In this document: positions 39,400 through 49,280 of the stretch, in pieces
How the letters are laid out: every line of letters begins with the position of its first letter
How positions within the stretch are numbered: the first letter of the stretch is position 1
Assembly (NCBI GenBank): GCA_964426735.1
Contig: CAYRRP010000002.1
Coordinates: 6,582 to 70,581 of the forward strand
Direction: 5' to 3'
Length of the DNA stretch: 64,000 bases
Source: an uncultured Candidatus Saccharibacteria bacterium
Lineage (GTDB): Bacteria > Patescibacteriota > Minisyncoccia > Phycocordibacterales > DATDWN01
The notes under the pieces: generated by a model
Databases searched by the model: none
What the model saw: only the letters and a program-made list of their open reading frames with translations
Told to the model about the DNA's origin: nothing
Made by a program: the position numbers and the translations under genes

Positions 39400-40431
39400 A
39401 TGGCATTAATTGGAAAAGCGTCACCAGAAGATATGAACCTACATCCACTTAATTATAAGTGGGCGTATGATCTCTATAACCAAGCAGTGCGAAATACTTG
39501 GTTTCCTCATGAAATTGCACTCAACGAAGACCTTCAGGATTTCGAGCAGATGACTCCTGATGAGCAGCATGCAGTGAAGTTTTTGATGGCATTTTTCAAC
39601 CCTGCAGAGCTTATCGTAAACCGCTCAATCGCGCTTGGTATTTACCCATATCTCAAATCTCCAGAGTGTCACCTCTATCTTGCAAAGCAGATGTGGGAAG
39701 AAGCAAACCACTGTGTAGCGTTTGAGTATGTACTTGAAACTTTTCCGTTTGATCGCGAAAAGATTTTCAACCTGCACCTTGAAGTCCCTTCGATGCTTGC
39801 AAAGGAAAACTACATCAACAAGTACATGAAGCGAATGACTGAAGACAGTCTTGATATTGAGACTGTAGACGGGAAGAAAGACTTCATCAGAAACTTGGTA
39901 GCAACAAATATCGTGATGGAAGGTATTTGGTTTTATTCAGGCTTCATGGTGGCACTTTCGTTCCGCCAGCGAAACCAACTCCGAAACTTTGGCTCAATGA
40001 TTAACTGGGTGCTTCGAGACGAATCACTTCATCTAAAGTTTGGTATGAACTTGATTCATAATATTCTTGAAGAAAATGCAGAACTTCTCACTGAAGAGTT
40101 TGCGGCAGAAATTCGAAACATTGTTATCGAAGGAGTAGATCGAGAAACAGATTACAATAAAGATTTGTTCCCAAATGGAATTCTCGGGCTCAACGCTGAT
40201 TATGTAAACCAGTACGTGCAGTATGTGGCTGACCGACGTCTTGAAGAGCTTGGGCTACCAAAACACTACGGTGCAACAAATCCTGCGAAGTGGATGTCGA
40301 CTGCTACTGATGTGTTTGAGCTTGTAAACTTCTTTGAAGCTCAAAATACAAGCTATGAAGTAGATGGACGGGCGCACCAGTCAAAGAAAGAAGGTGATAC
40401 TCCACAGGCACCAACTGCTCCAACGGAATAA
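39400..40431 (+). CDS. nrdB: Ribonucleotide reductase beta subunit, class Ic-like (R2c)
   Basis: EANH and DESLH diiron motifs, MEGIWFYSGF, NFFE; Phe at the radical-Tyr position and Glu as first ligand. Confidence 0.92.
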   Translation: MALIGKASPEDMNLHPLNYKWAYDLYNQAVRNTWFPHEIALNEDLQDFEQMTPDEQHAVKFLMAFFNPAELIVNRSIALGIYPYLKSPECHLYLAKQMWEEANHCVAFEYVLETFPFDREKIFNLHLEVPSMLAKENYINKYMKRMTEDSLDIETVDGKKDFIRNLVATNIVMEGIWFYSGFMVALSFRQRNQLRNFGSMINWVLRDESLHLKFGMNLIHNILEENAELLTEEFAAEIRNIVIEGVDRETDYNKDLFPNGILGLNADYVNQYVQYVADRRLEELGLPKHYGATNPAKWMSTATDVFELVNFFEAQNTSYEVDGRAHQSKKEGDTPQAPTAPTE

Positions 40432-40545
40432 GGTATAAAAAATGGCTCAAATGAGCCATTTTTTAGTATCCCTGAAGGAAATTAAATTGCGTTTTGATAG
40501 ATTGCTTAACCGAAGGTTTTATACTAGTATCGTTAAAGGAGGCAG

Positions 40546-40776
40546 TTGATGTCGCAAAGGTCTGAAGAATATACGTTTGATTTTGGGAGTGTGAATCATG
40601 TTTCAGGGAACACGTTTGATCTGAAAGTAACTGTTGTGTTCCATGATGGAAGATTTACACTACGAGCGATTCGTGATGGTAAGGGAGGTACTTTTGAAGA
40701 ATTACCACAACGGGTCATGGAAAAACTCTTAACACACTCTCTTAAGGAGGTTGTGTTCGACTACTACACTCAGTAG
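40546..40776 (+). CDS. Hypothetical protein (orphan cassette)
   Basis: TTGCTT...TATACT promoter, AAGGAGG SD, terminator at 40779-40807. Confidence 0.6.
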   Translation: MMSQRSEEYTFDFGSVNHVSGNTFDLKVTVVFHDGRFTLRAIRDGKGGTFEELPQRVMEKLLTHSLKEVVFDYYTQ

Positions 40777-40870
40777 AAAATCCCCCGAGCCTAGCTCGGG
40801 GGATTTCGTTATACATCCACATAAGAGACATGATATAATGTCGGCATATTCACTTTAATTTGAAATACGA

Positions 40871-41899
40871 ATGAAGAAACTACGAATTGGTATCAATGGT
40901 GCAGGGCGAATCGGGCGAGCATTTTTGAAAATTGCCGAAAAGCGAGATGAGCTTGAGGTGGTTGCTATCAACGACCTTGGAAATATCGACAATATTGCAT
41001 ACCTTTTGAAATACGATACAGCATACGGACGAAGTGGACTTGATGTGAAAGTATCTGATGATAAAAAAACGCTCATGATTGATGGGCGGGAAGTAAAGTT
41101 CTTGTCTGAAAAAGACCCATCACTGCTTCCGTGGAAAGATTTAGATATCGATGTGGCTGTTGAATCTACAGGTTTCTTTACTTCATTTGAAAAAGCACGC
41201 ATGCATGTGACTGCGGGTGCAAAAAAAGTGGTTATCAGTGCTCCTGCAAAAGATGGAGCAAGTGCGGCAGATGAAGGAACCATACTTATGGGTATCAACT
41301 GCGATACGCTCAAAGATATGGTCGTGACTTCAAATGCATCATGTACCACAAATGGTGGAAGTCCAGTGATTGATATTTTGGATAAGGCGATTGGTATCGA
41401 AAAAGCAGTCCTCAATACCGTACATGCATACACCGCAAGTCAGGGAATCGTGGATGGACCAAATGCAAAAGATTTCAAAGAGGGACGAGCTGGTGCACAA
41501 AATATCGTACCAACATCAACTGGTGCGGCGATTGCTCTCACAAAAGTAATGACGAGTCTTACTGGAAAATTTGATGGTATCTCACTTCGTGTACCAGTAA
41601 TCTCTGGTTCAATGGCAGATATTACGTTTATTGCAAAGAAAAATACAACAGTTGAAGAAGTAAACAAAGCGCTTGAGGAAGCATCAAAAACTGACCATTG
41701 GAAAAATGTATTTGGTGTTGTAAAAGATCCAGTAGTTTCTACTGACATTCTTGGTCTTCCGTATGCATCGATTGCAGACCTTGGGCTTACACGAGTGGTA
41801 GATGGCAACCTTGTGAAGGTGCTTGCATGGTATGACAATGAGATGGGGTATACTCACTCACTGGTTGAACATGTTATTAAAACAGGGAGCTTTTTATAG
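40871..41899 (+). CDS. gap: Glyceraldehyde-3-phosphate dehydrogenase type I
   Basis: GINGAGRIGR, SNASCTTN, WYDNEMGY. Confidence 0.96.
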   Translation: MKKLRIGINGAGRIGRAFLKIAEKRDELEVVAINDLGNIDNIAYLLKYDTAYGRSGLDVKVSDDKKTLMIDGREVKFLSEKDPSLLPWKDLDIDVAVESTGFFTSFEKARMHVTAGAKKVVISAPAKDGASAADEGTILMGINCDTLKDMVVTSNASCTTNGGSPVIDILDKAIGIEKAVLNTVHAYTASQGIVDGPNAKDFKEGRAGAQNIVPTSTGAAIALTKVMTSLTGKFDGISLRVPVISGSMADITFIAKKNTTVEEVNKALEEASKTDHWKNVFGVVKDPVVSTDILGLPYASIADLGLTRVVDGNLVKVLAWYDNEMGYTHSLVEHVIKTGSFL

Positions 41900-42306
41900 T
41901 CATGAGTAGACAGTAAACAGTCAATAGAATGAAAGGAGGCTATAAAGATCTATTGGTGTGGCAAAAAGCAATGAAGCTTGTTTTGCTGGTTTACGAATAT
42001 ACAAAAGACTTCCCGGCTTCAGAAAATTTTGGTTTAACTTCTCAGATAAGAAGATCAGTTGTTTCTATACCTTCAAATATTGCAGAAGGAAGTAAGAGGA
42101 AAACCAAAAAAGATTTTCAACAATTTATCTCAATTGCACTTGGTTCAGGTGCTGAGCTAGAAACTCAAATTGAGATATCAAAACAGCTAAAATATGGAAA
42201 TAATGTTAAAATAAAGGAGATAGAAAATTTATCAAATGAGGTTATGAGAATGCTGTTTGCTTTATTTAAAGTGAACTATTGACTTATGACTGTTAACTAA
42301 AGACTA
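41897..42306. repeat. 31-bp imperfect inverted repeats built of 7-mers flanking the four-helix-bundle gene
   Basis: 41897-41927 versus the reverse complement of 42276-42306: 24 of 31 identical by manual alignment. Confidence 0.7.
41929..42282 (+). CDS. Four helix bundle protein (23S rRNA IVS / S23-like family)
   Basis: YKDLLVWQKA, QIRRSVVSIPSNIAEG, GSGAELETQ. Confidence 0.93.
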   Translation: MKGGYKDLLVWQKAMKLVLLVYEYTKDFPASENFGLTSQIRRSVVSIPSNIAEGSKRKTKKDFQQFISIALGSGAELETQIEISKQLKYGNNVKIKEIENLSNEVMRMLFALFKVNY

Positions 42307-42308
42307 CC

Positions 42309-42767
42309 GTGACTATTTATTTAGCTTCAGATCATGCAGGTTTTACACTCAAAGAATCAGTTCACAAAGTACTTAAAGAACTTGAGTATGAAGTGATAGA
42401 TTTGGGTGCGGAGAAAGAAATTCCTGGCGACGATTATCCAGAAATAATTGCTCGTGCAGCACAGAAAGTATCTGAAAATCCAGAACAAGATAAAGCAATC
42501 ATTTTCGGTGGTTCAGGACAAGGTGAAGCAATCGTTGCAAATAAATTTCCAGGAGTACGTGCGGTAGTTTTCTATGGTGGCGCCCTTGATATTATTACTC
42601 TTTCACGAGAACATAATGATGCAAACATACTCTCGCTTGCAGGACGTTTTGTGACAGAAGATGAAGCAAAAGAAGTGGTTGGTTTGTGGTTAGCAACTGC
42701 TTTCTCTCGAGAAGAACGACATGTACGTCGAATTACTCAAATTAAAGATATTGAATTGAACGTATGA
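42309..42767 (+). CDS. rpiB: Ribose-5-phosphate isomerase B
   Basis: ASDHAG, GGSGQGE..VANK, SREHNDANIL, RHVRR. Confidence 0.93.
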   Translation: MTIYLASDHAGFTLKESVHKVLKELEYEVIDLGAEKEIPGDDYPEIIARAAQKVSENPEQDKAIIFGGSGQGEAIVANKFPGVRAVVFYGGALDIITLSREHNDANILSLAGRFVTEDEAKEVVGLWLATAFSREERHVRRITQIKDIELNV

Positions 42768-43426
42768 CTATAGTAGTACCTGCAATAATCACAAAAAATT
42801 TCAAACTTCTCGAAGAGAAAGTGTCTCTCGTGAAAGATTTTGTTGAGTATGTTCAGGTGGATATTACCGATGGAAAGTTTACTCACAACATAACCTGGCC
42901 ATATGTAGGAGATACTGGTGAGTATGCACAGCTTGTCCAAGAAGAAATCGGTTTGCCTTTTTGGGAAGAAGTTGATTATGAATTTCATCTGATGGTAGAA
43001 AAGCCAGAACTCACTGTCTCTGATTGGATCAAAGCTGGTGCGTCTCGTATCATTATTCAGTTTGAGAGTACTACAGAGATGCGTGCAATTATTGATATGT
43101 GCCACGCTGCTTCTGTGGAAGTAGGTATTGCGTTAAAACCTTCTACAGATAGTGAGCTTCTTGTTCCGTTTATTTCTGATATCTGTTGTATTCAGTGTAT
43201 GGGAAATGAAGAGCTTGGAAGACATGGTGCTCCACTTGATATGTCTGTCTTAGAGAAGATTAAAATGCTTCGAGAAAAATATCCAAACATGAATATTGCA
43301 ATTGATATTGGTGTGCACGAAGATACTGTAAACGATTTGGTGGATGCAGGTGCCGACACACTTGTTGCAGGTTCAGCAATTTTTGATGCAGAGAATATAG
43401 AACAAGCAATACGAGATCTGGAATAA
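42764..43426 (+). CDS. rpe: Ribulose-phosphate 3-epimerase
   Basis: QVDITDGKF, FHLMV, IDIGV, VAGSAIF. Confidence 0.88.
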   Translation: MTIVVPAIITKNFKLLEEKVSLVKDFVEYVQVDITDGKFTHNITWPYVGDTGEYAQLVQEEIGLPFWEEVDYEFHLMVEKPELTVSDWIKAGASRIIIQFESTTEMRAIIDMCHAASVEVGIALKPSTDSELLVPFISDICCIQCMGNEELGRHGAPLDMSVLEKIKMLREKYPNMNIAIDIGVHEDTVNDLVDAGADTLVAGSAIFDAENIEQAIRDLE

Positions 43427-43464
43427 AAAGCGAAAACCCGCCACAGAATATGTTGCGGGTTTCT

Positions 43465-43596
43465 TTAGGGTTGTTTTTTGGAACGAGCTTCGTGTTGTCG
43501 GATAAGGAGCCAGAGGATTGCTGGGATACCAACAACGGAGAATGCTAAAAAGCAAAACCCCATATTGGTATAATGGAATGTAGGTTCAAGTGGCAT
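43465..43596 (-). CDS. 43-aa single-TM peptide (not in ORF track)
   Basis: MPLEPTFHYTNMGFCFLAFSVVGIPAILWLLIRQHEARSKKQP; TTGACT-17-TATTGT promoter just upstream; hairpin at 43433-43463. Confidence 0.5.
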   Translation of the reverse strand: MPLEPTFHYTNMGFCFLAFSVVGIPAILWLLIRQHEARSKKQP

Positions 43597-43690
43597 TCTG
43601 TGTATACAATAAATGTAAAAGTGTTATTAGTCAACCTATCCACATGCTGTACAAGTAAAAGGAGTTATTTTTTTGGTATACTTACGTTGT

Positions 43691-44584
43691 ATGGATCTCA
43701 CTCCTGAAAAAATTTTGTTCTTGAAAGAAAAAGCAAATGACATCCGTATCTCAATTATTGAGATGCTTGTTGCTGCAGGTTCAGGACATTCTGCAGGGCC
43801 TTTAGGTATGACGGATATTTTTACAGCACTCTATTTTCATATTCTTAAGCACGAACCAAAAAATCCGTTCTGGGAAGATCGTGATAGGCTTGTACTTTCA
43901 AATGGACATATTTGTCCAGTGATGTATGCAACCATGGCTCATGCTGGATATTTTCCTACATCAGAGCTACTTACATTGCGCAAGTTTAAATCTCGACTTC
44001 AGGGTCATCCTCATCGAGAGTTTTATCCGTATGCAGAGACTTCATCAGGCCCACTTGGTTCAGGTCTTTCTCAGGCAGTAGGTATGGCTATCGCTGATCG
44101 GATGGATCATGGTCTCACATCAAGTCGATTTTTCTACTGCTTACTCGGTGATGGAGAACTTAATGAAGGGCAAAACTGGGAGGCTATCATGCTTGCAGCA
44201 AAAGAGCGTCTCGGTAAACTTATCGTATTTGTTGATCGCAATAATATTCAGATCGATGGATATACCGAAGATGTGATGCCTCTTGAGTCTCTCACACATA
44301 AGTTTGAAAGCTTCGGATGGCATACAGAAGAAATCGATGGGCATAATATGGGCTCTATTGTAGAAGCGGTGGGTCGCGCTCAAGCAGTCTTTGATGGGCC
44401 GAGTGTTATTATTGCTCGGACGATACCAGGAAAAGGTGTGTCATATATGGAACGTGACTTCAAGTGGCACGGTAATCCTCCAGGGACAGATATAAAAGGT
44501 GAACCACCAAAAGAAGATCAGGCGAATATTGCACTTCGAGAGTTGCGTACACTCAGTGGTCAGATCACATCAGAACATCAATAA
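43691..44584 (+). CDS. Transketolase N-terminal subunit
   Basis: GSGH, DRLVLSNGH, TPP motif GDGELNEG...N. Confidence 0.94.
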   Translation: MDLTPEKILFLKEKANDIRISIIEMLVAAGSGHSAGPLGMTDIFTALYFHILKHEPKNPFWEDRDRLVLSNGHICPVMYATMAHAGYFPTSELLTLRKFKSRLQGHPHREFYPYAETSSGPLGSGLSQAVGMAIADRMDHGLTSSRFFYCLLGDGELNEGQNWEAIMLAAKERLGKLIVFVDRNNIQIDGYTEDVMPLESLTHKFESFGWHTEEIDGHNMGSIVEAVGRAQAVFDGPSVIIARTIPGKGVSYMERDFKWHGNPPGTDIKGEPPKEDQANIALRELRTLSGQITSEHQ

Positions 44585-44585
44585 T

Positions 44586-45581
44586 ATGATAAATTCTCTC
44601 CAATTTTTAAATAAAAAAATATTTGATAAAGATGTTGAAAAAGTTCCAATTCGAAAAGGTTTTGGGGAGGGTTTAGTGTTGGCAGGTGAAGCGGATGCTC
44701 GGGTAGTAGGGTTGTGTGCAGACCTCACCGAGTCTACACAAATGCATTTGTTTAAAGAAAAATTTCCTGAACGTTTTATTGAAATCGGTGTAGCAGAACA
44801 AAACCTTGCATCGGTTGCATCAGGTTTGTCGGCGATGGGGAAGGTGCCCTTCATTACCAGTTATGCAATGTTTTCTCCAGGGAGAAATTGGGAACAAATC
44901 CGTACAACTATTTGTTATAACAATCGACAGGTGATTATTGCAGGTTCTCATGCAGGTGTTTCAGTGGGGCCGGACGGAGGGACACATCAGGCGATTGAGG
45001 ATATTGCTATTACGCGAGTGATACCCAACCTTACTGTAATTTCTCCATGTGATTATATTGAAGCAAGGAAAGTTGTACGTGCTTCTGTTACGCTCGGTTC
45101 ACCGGTGTATATTCGACTCGCGCGAGAAAAGACTCCTGTTATTACTACAGATGAATCTCCGTTTGAAATTGGAAAAGCAAATCTTTTGTATGGTACAGAA
45201 GATGTAAAAGCTGATGTCGGTATTATTGCGACAGGTGCGCTGGTACATAAAGCATTACTTGTTGCAGAGACATTGAAAAAAGAAAAAATATCAGTAAAAG
45301 TGTTAAATGTTCATACGATTAAACCACTTGATACTGATGCAGTACTCACACTTGCAAAAGATTGTGGAGCTATTGTCACTGTAGAAGAACATCAGATTGT
45401 GGGAGGATTGGGTAGTGCGATATCAGAGTATCTTTCATCTGTATATCCAACACCAATTGAATTTATTGGTGTGCATGATCAGTTTGGACAATCAGGGACT
45501 CCAGATGAATTGATTGAGTATTATGGTATGGGAGAGTTTTCGATTGCAAATGCTGTACGAGTAGTACTCAAAAGAAAGTAA
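44586..45581 (+). CDS. Transketolase C-terminal subunit
   Basis: GVAEQN, GPDGGTHQAIED, TIKPLD, VEEH. Confidence 0.94.
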   Translation: MINSLQFLNKKIFDKDVEKVPIRKGFGEGLVLAGEADARVVGLCADLTESTQMHLFKEKFPERFIEIGVAEQNLASVASGLSAMGKVPFITSYAMFSPGRNWEQIRTTICYNNRQVIIAGSHAGVSVGPDGGTHQAIEDIAITRVIPNLTVISPCDYIEARKVVRASVTLGSPVYIRLAREKTPVITTDESPFEIGKANLLYGTEDVKADVGIIATGALVHKALLVAETLKKEKISVKVLNVHTIKPLDTDAVLTLAKDCGAIVTVEEHQIVGGLGSAISEYLSSVYPTPIEFIGVHDQFGQSGTPDELIEYYGMGEFSIANAVRVVLKRK

Positions 45582-45611
45582 TCGTGGTAGTGTGTGGCAA
45601 GGAGGATTCAC

Positions 45612-45812
45612 ATGGATATTGTTCTTGATCATTGCTACCGGAAACATTCTACAAAGAGAGTGTACATTCTTACTGAGATTGAAAGAGATAATAGAGGTGT
45701 TGAGTACGTGACGTTATCTGAGCAGGGTAATTTGAATGTTCGATACATCACAATGAGAGATTTTTGTGCTCAATATAAAAAATTGCGTACTCCAAAAAAC
45801 AAAAAGACCTGA
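45612..45812 (+). CDS. Hypothetical protein (orphan)
   Basis: AAGGAGG SD before ATG 45612; hairpin at 45804-45832. Confidence 0.45.
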   Translation: MDIVLDHCYRKHSTKRVYILTEIERDNRGVEYVTLSEQGNLNVRYITMRDFCAQYKKLRTPKNKKT

Positions 45813-45835
45813 GGTTACCAACCCAGGTCTTTCAG

Positions 45836-46828
45836 CTATAGAGTATGAGGAGTGTACTCTGCCGGGGCATCTGTGAGGTATGCTTCCAGTTTTTCTCGAG
45901 AGAGTAGTCCTCGTTGAGCTCCGACTTGTTGCACAACGGATATTGAGTTGATTGGCCCCCACATGAGAGCTTCTTTTACTGATAGTCCGTGAGCAAGTGC
46001 TGAAACCACTGTGGATGCAAATGCATCACCTGCTCCAGTACGCTCAACTGGTTCATGTGGGTATGTTGGGATAAACCAAGACTCATTTCCATCGTATGCA
46101 TATGCACCTTCAATACCATCGGTGATAAAGACGTATCGTGGGCCAAGTGAAGCAATACCTTTAAGAAGAGATTTGATATCACGTGAGGTAACTGAAAGGA
46201 TTTTTTGAGCCTCTTCTACGTTGCAGAAAAAGATTTCGGTGTGTTGGTAAATATCTTTCAGTGTATCTTTGCCGAGGCGTATTTGAAATGTTCCTGGTTG
46301 GAATACAAGTTTAGTTTCTGAGTTGTTTTTGATAAATGATGCGATTTCATTATGAAATGCAAGAGAGTTTTCTCCCAGTGATGAGAGGTAAATATAGCGA
46401 GGTTTGCCAATGTCTCCAAGTGAATAATCAAACTGCTCATGTTTGATAAGAATTGTTCGTTCTACGTCGTACCATAAGACGTAATGATAGTTGGTTTTCT
46501 TACCTTTTTCTGTTCGCACAAAATCAGTAATAACTTTATTTCTTTTGAGTTCTTCGATGCAGTCAATACCGTCTGTATCATCTCCTACATATGAAAGGAG
46601 TGCTGAATTGAGTCCCAGTCGAGCTGCAGAGACCGCTGCATTTGCACTATTTCCTACAGCTTTGATCACATCTACAGATTCGTAGGGAATCTTTTCTCCA
46701 AATGGAACACAAAGCTTGCAGTTTGTATGATCAATTTCACAATTGACAGTAGCTTCTTTGAGTCGAATAAATGCATCGGTTACAATGTCGCCAATGCAGA
46801 GAACATCTATGTTTTTTTCTTTACTCAT
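45836..46828 (-). CDS. PfkB family carbohydrate kinase
   Basis: GNSANAAVSAARLG and ERTGAGDAF. Confidence 0.93.
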   Translation of the reverse strand: MSKEKNIDVLCIGDIVTDAFIRLKEATVNCEIDHTNCKLCVPFGEKIPYESVDVIKAVGNSANAAVSAARLGLNSALLSYVGDDTDGIDCIEELKRNKVITDFVRTEKGKKTNYHYVLWYDVERTILIKHEQFDYSLGDIGKPRYIYLSSLGENSLAFHNEIASFIKNNSETKLVFQPGTFQIRLGKDTLKDIYQHTEIFFCNVEEAQKILSVTSRDIKSLLKGIASLGPRYVFITDGIEGAYAYDGNESWFIPTYPHEPVERTGAGDAFASTVVSALAHGLSVKEALMWGPINSISVVQQVGAQRGLLSREKLEAYLTDAPAEYTPHTL

Positions 46829-46863
46829 ATTCCTTTAGTATATCATTGTGGTATACTTTTTGC

Positions 46864-47730
46864 ATGAAAACATTACGTGAATATGTCCGCGAGGCGGAAG
46901 AAAAAAAAGTTGCAATTGGCCATTTTAATATTTCAAATCTCGAAGGATTGTGGGGAGTGTTCCGTGCAGCATATTCACTCAACGTTCCGGTTATTATCGG
47001 AGTGTCAGAAGGTGAACGTGATTTTATGGGGGTGCGTCAGGTGAAAGCGTTGGTTGAGTCTCTTCAAAAAGAATATAATTACCCAATCTTTCTCAATGCT
47101 GATCATACCTATTCATTTGAACGAGTAAAGGAAGTGATTGATGCAGGATATGACTCTGTAATTTTTGATGGTGCAAACATTTCTTTTGAAGAAAATATAA
47201 AGTTGGCAAAACAATGTGTAGACTACGCTCGAGCATCAGGACGAGATGTATTGGTGGAAGGTGAGCTTGGATATATTGGACAGTCATCAAAGATTTTGGA
47301 TGAAATACCAGAAGGTGTTTCGTTTGATGATGCATCACTCACGTCTCCGGAGAAAGCAAAAGAATTTGTAGATGCGACAGGTGTCGATATGCTTGCTCCT
47401 GCGGTGGGAAATGTTCATGGTATGCTCCGAGGCGGGGTTGATCCGAAGCTTCGTATTGATGTGGTTAAAAGTGTCAAAGAAGCAGTAGGTGTTCCGCTTG
47501 TACTGCATGGGGGATCAGGAAATTCAGGTGAAGATTTCCAAAGTGCAATTAAAGAAGGGGTGGCGATTGTACATATCAACACTGAGCTTCGAGTGGCATA
47601 TAAAAAAGGGTTACAGTTGGCCCTTCAAGAAAATCCTGATGAAGTTGCTCCGTATAAATTTTTGCGAGAAGCTGTAAAAGAGGTACAAGCTGTCGCTGAA
47701 GCAAAACTGAGACTTTTTAATAATTTGTAA
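46864..47730 (+). CDS. fba: Class II fructose-bisphosphate aldolase
   Basis: NADH, VEGELG, GNVHG, LVLHGGSG, INTE motifs. Confidence 0.93.
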   Translation: MKTLREYVREAEEKKVAIGHFNISNLEGLWGVFRAAYSLNVPVIIGVSEGERDFMGVRQVKALVESLQKEYNYPIFLNADHTYSFERVKEVIDAGYDSVIFDGANISFEENIKLAKQCVDYARASGRDVLVEGELGYIGQSSKILDEIPEGVSFDDASLTSPEKAKEFVDATGVDMLAPAVGNVHGMLRGGVDPKLRIDVVKSVKEAVGVPLVLHGGSGNSGEDFQSAIKEGVAIVHINTELRVAYKKGLQLALQENPDEVAPYKFLREAVKEVQAVAEAKLRLFNNL

Positions 47731-47742
47731 TTATATTCGGTT

Positions 47743-48717
47743 ATGAAAAAAATATACATCACCCGAAAAATTCCTGATATTGGGATATCAATGCTCACAG
47801 AAAAAGGATATGAGGTGGATATTAACCCACATGATAGACCGCTTACAAAAACAGAGTTGGTAGAAGCGGTGTCACAAAAACCATATGATGCTGTGCTTTC
47901 GCTTTTAACTGATCAGATTGATGCTGAAGTATTTGATGCTGTACCTTCAGCAAAGATTTTTGCAAATTATGCGGTAGGATTTAATAATTTTAATAGCACT
48001 GATGCACAGGCTCGAGGAATTACCCTTACAAATACACCAGGGATGTCAGCAGATACGGTCGGTGAACACACGGTCGCGATGCTACTTGCACTCACTAGTC
48101 GTATCCTCGAAGGTGATGCATATGTACGAGCAGGTAAGTATACAGGATGGGATCCGATGCTTCTTATGGGCACAGATCTCGAGGATCTAACAGTTGCGAT
48201 CGTGGGTGGTGGGCGTATTGGGTATCGTGCTGCACATATTTTACATAAAGGTTTTGGAATGAAAGTTGCATACTATGATGTTAAAAAGAATGAACAGTTT
48301 GAAAAAGATTTTAATGCTGTGTTCTATGAACAACTTGATGATGCGTTGAAAGTTGCTGATATTGTATCTCTTCATGTACCGCTTCTTGATTCAACACATC
48401 ATTTGATAGATGCCCGAAGGCTTTCTTTGATGAAACCAACAGCTTTTCTTATCAATACAGCACGAGGACCTGTGGTGGATGAGACTGCTCTTGTGGAAGC
48501 ATTGAAAAAGAAAATAATTGCAGGTGCTGGACTTGATGTGTTTGAACATGAGCCCGCACTTGCACCAGGACTGACAGAACTTCCTAATGTTGTACTTACT
48601 CCACATATTGCATCTTCAACTGTTAAAACAAGAAATCAAATGGCTGTCCGAGCAGCTACAAATATCATAGATTTTCTCGAAGGTAATGTACCAGCTGATG
48701 TTATAGTGGAAAACTAA
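47743..48717 (+). CDS. D-glycerate/2-hydroxyacid dehydrogenase
   Basis: GGGRIG, LINTARGPVVDE, GLDVFEHEP, TPHIAS. Confidence 0.92.
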   Translation: MKKIYITRKIPDIGISMLTEKGYEVDINPHDRPLTKTELVEAVSQKPYDAVLSLLTDQIDAEVFDAVPSAKIFANYAVGFNNFNSTDAQARGITLTNTPGMSADTVGEHTVAMLLALTSRILEGDAYVRAGKYTGWDPMLLMGTDLEDLTVAIVGGGRIGYRAAHILHKGFGMKVAYYDVKKNEQFEKDFNAVFYEQLDDALKVADIVSLHVPLLDSTHHLIDARRLSLMKPTAFLINTARGPVVDETALVEALKKKIIAGAGLDVFEHEPALAPGLTELPNVVLTPHIASSTVKTRNQMAVRAATNIIDFLEGNVPADVIVEN

Positions 48718-48754
48718 AGATACAGACTAGTTTCTACAGTGCTATACTATGTAT

Positions 48755-49273
48755 ATGTTTTTACGAGCAAGACAAAAAGGTTTTACATTTATTGAGCTTG
48801 CGGTAGCGATCGCTATTATCGGTACATTGTCTGCTCTTATTTTTTCTGGGGCAGCGGCTTCTCGCAAATCTGCACGAGTCGCTCAGCGTGTCTCTGATAT
48901 GAAAAAAGTGCAAGCTGCTCTTGATTTGTATTACGCAAAAAATAAATCGTATCCGGTCACAAATGCCTGGAGGGGTATTTGTTACTCATACAATGGTGGT
49001 GGTGCGTATACAAAAGCAAATGGTTCGTGGATACCAGGTCTTTCTCCAGACTATATACAGTCTGTACCCACCGATCCTCAAAGTAGTCCTTCGTATGACG
49101 CAAATTGCTACCTCTATTTTTCAAACGGAACAGATTATGCTTTTTTGGTTCATCAGGTAACTGAACTTTCAAACGGTAGTTCAGGTGCGTCGTATGCCAA
49201 GTATCCAGAATTTTTTGACCCAGTTCGTCCTACGTGGGCATGGAAAGTATCCTCACCTGGCGGTAATTTTTAA
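48755..49273 (+). CDS. Type IV pilin / pseudopilin
   Basis: KG|FTFIEL prepilin motif; P.DP; Cys pair. Confidence 0.88.
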   Translation: MFLRARQKGFTFIELAVAIAIIGTLSALIFSGAAASRKSARVAQRVSDMKKVQAALDLYYAKNKSYPVTNAWRGICYSYNGGGAYTKANGSWIPGLSPDYIQSVPTDPQSSPSYDANCYLYFSNGTDYAFLVHQVTELSNGSSGASYAKYPEFFDPVRPTWAWKVSSPGGNF

Positions 49274-49280
49274 TTATTAT

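Noticed and set aside
41929-42282. Four-helix bundle as the Avd of a diversity-generating retroelement
   Set aside because: No reverse transcriptase and no template/variable repeat pair with adenine-specific mismatches in the window.
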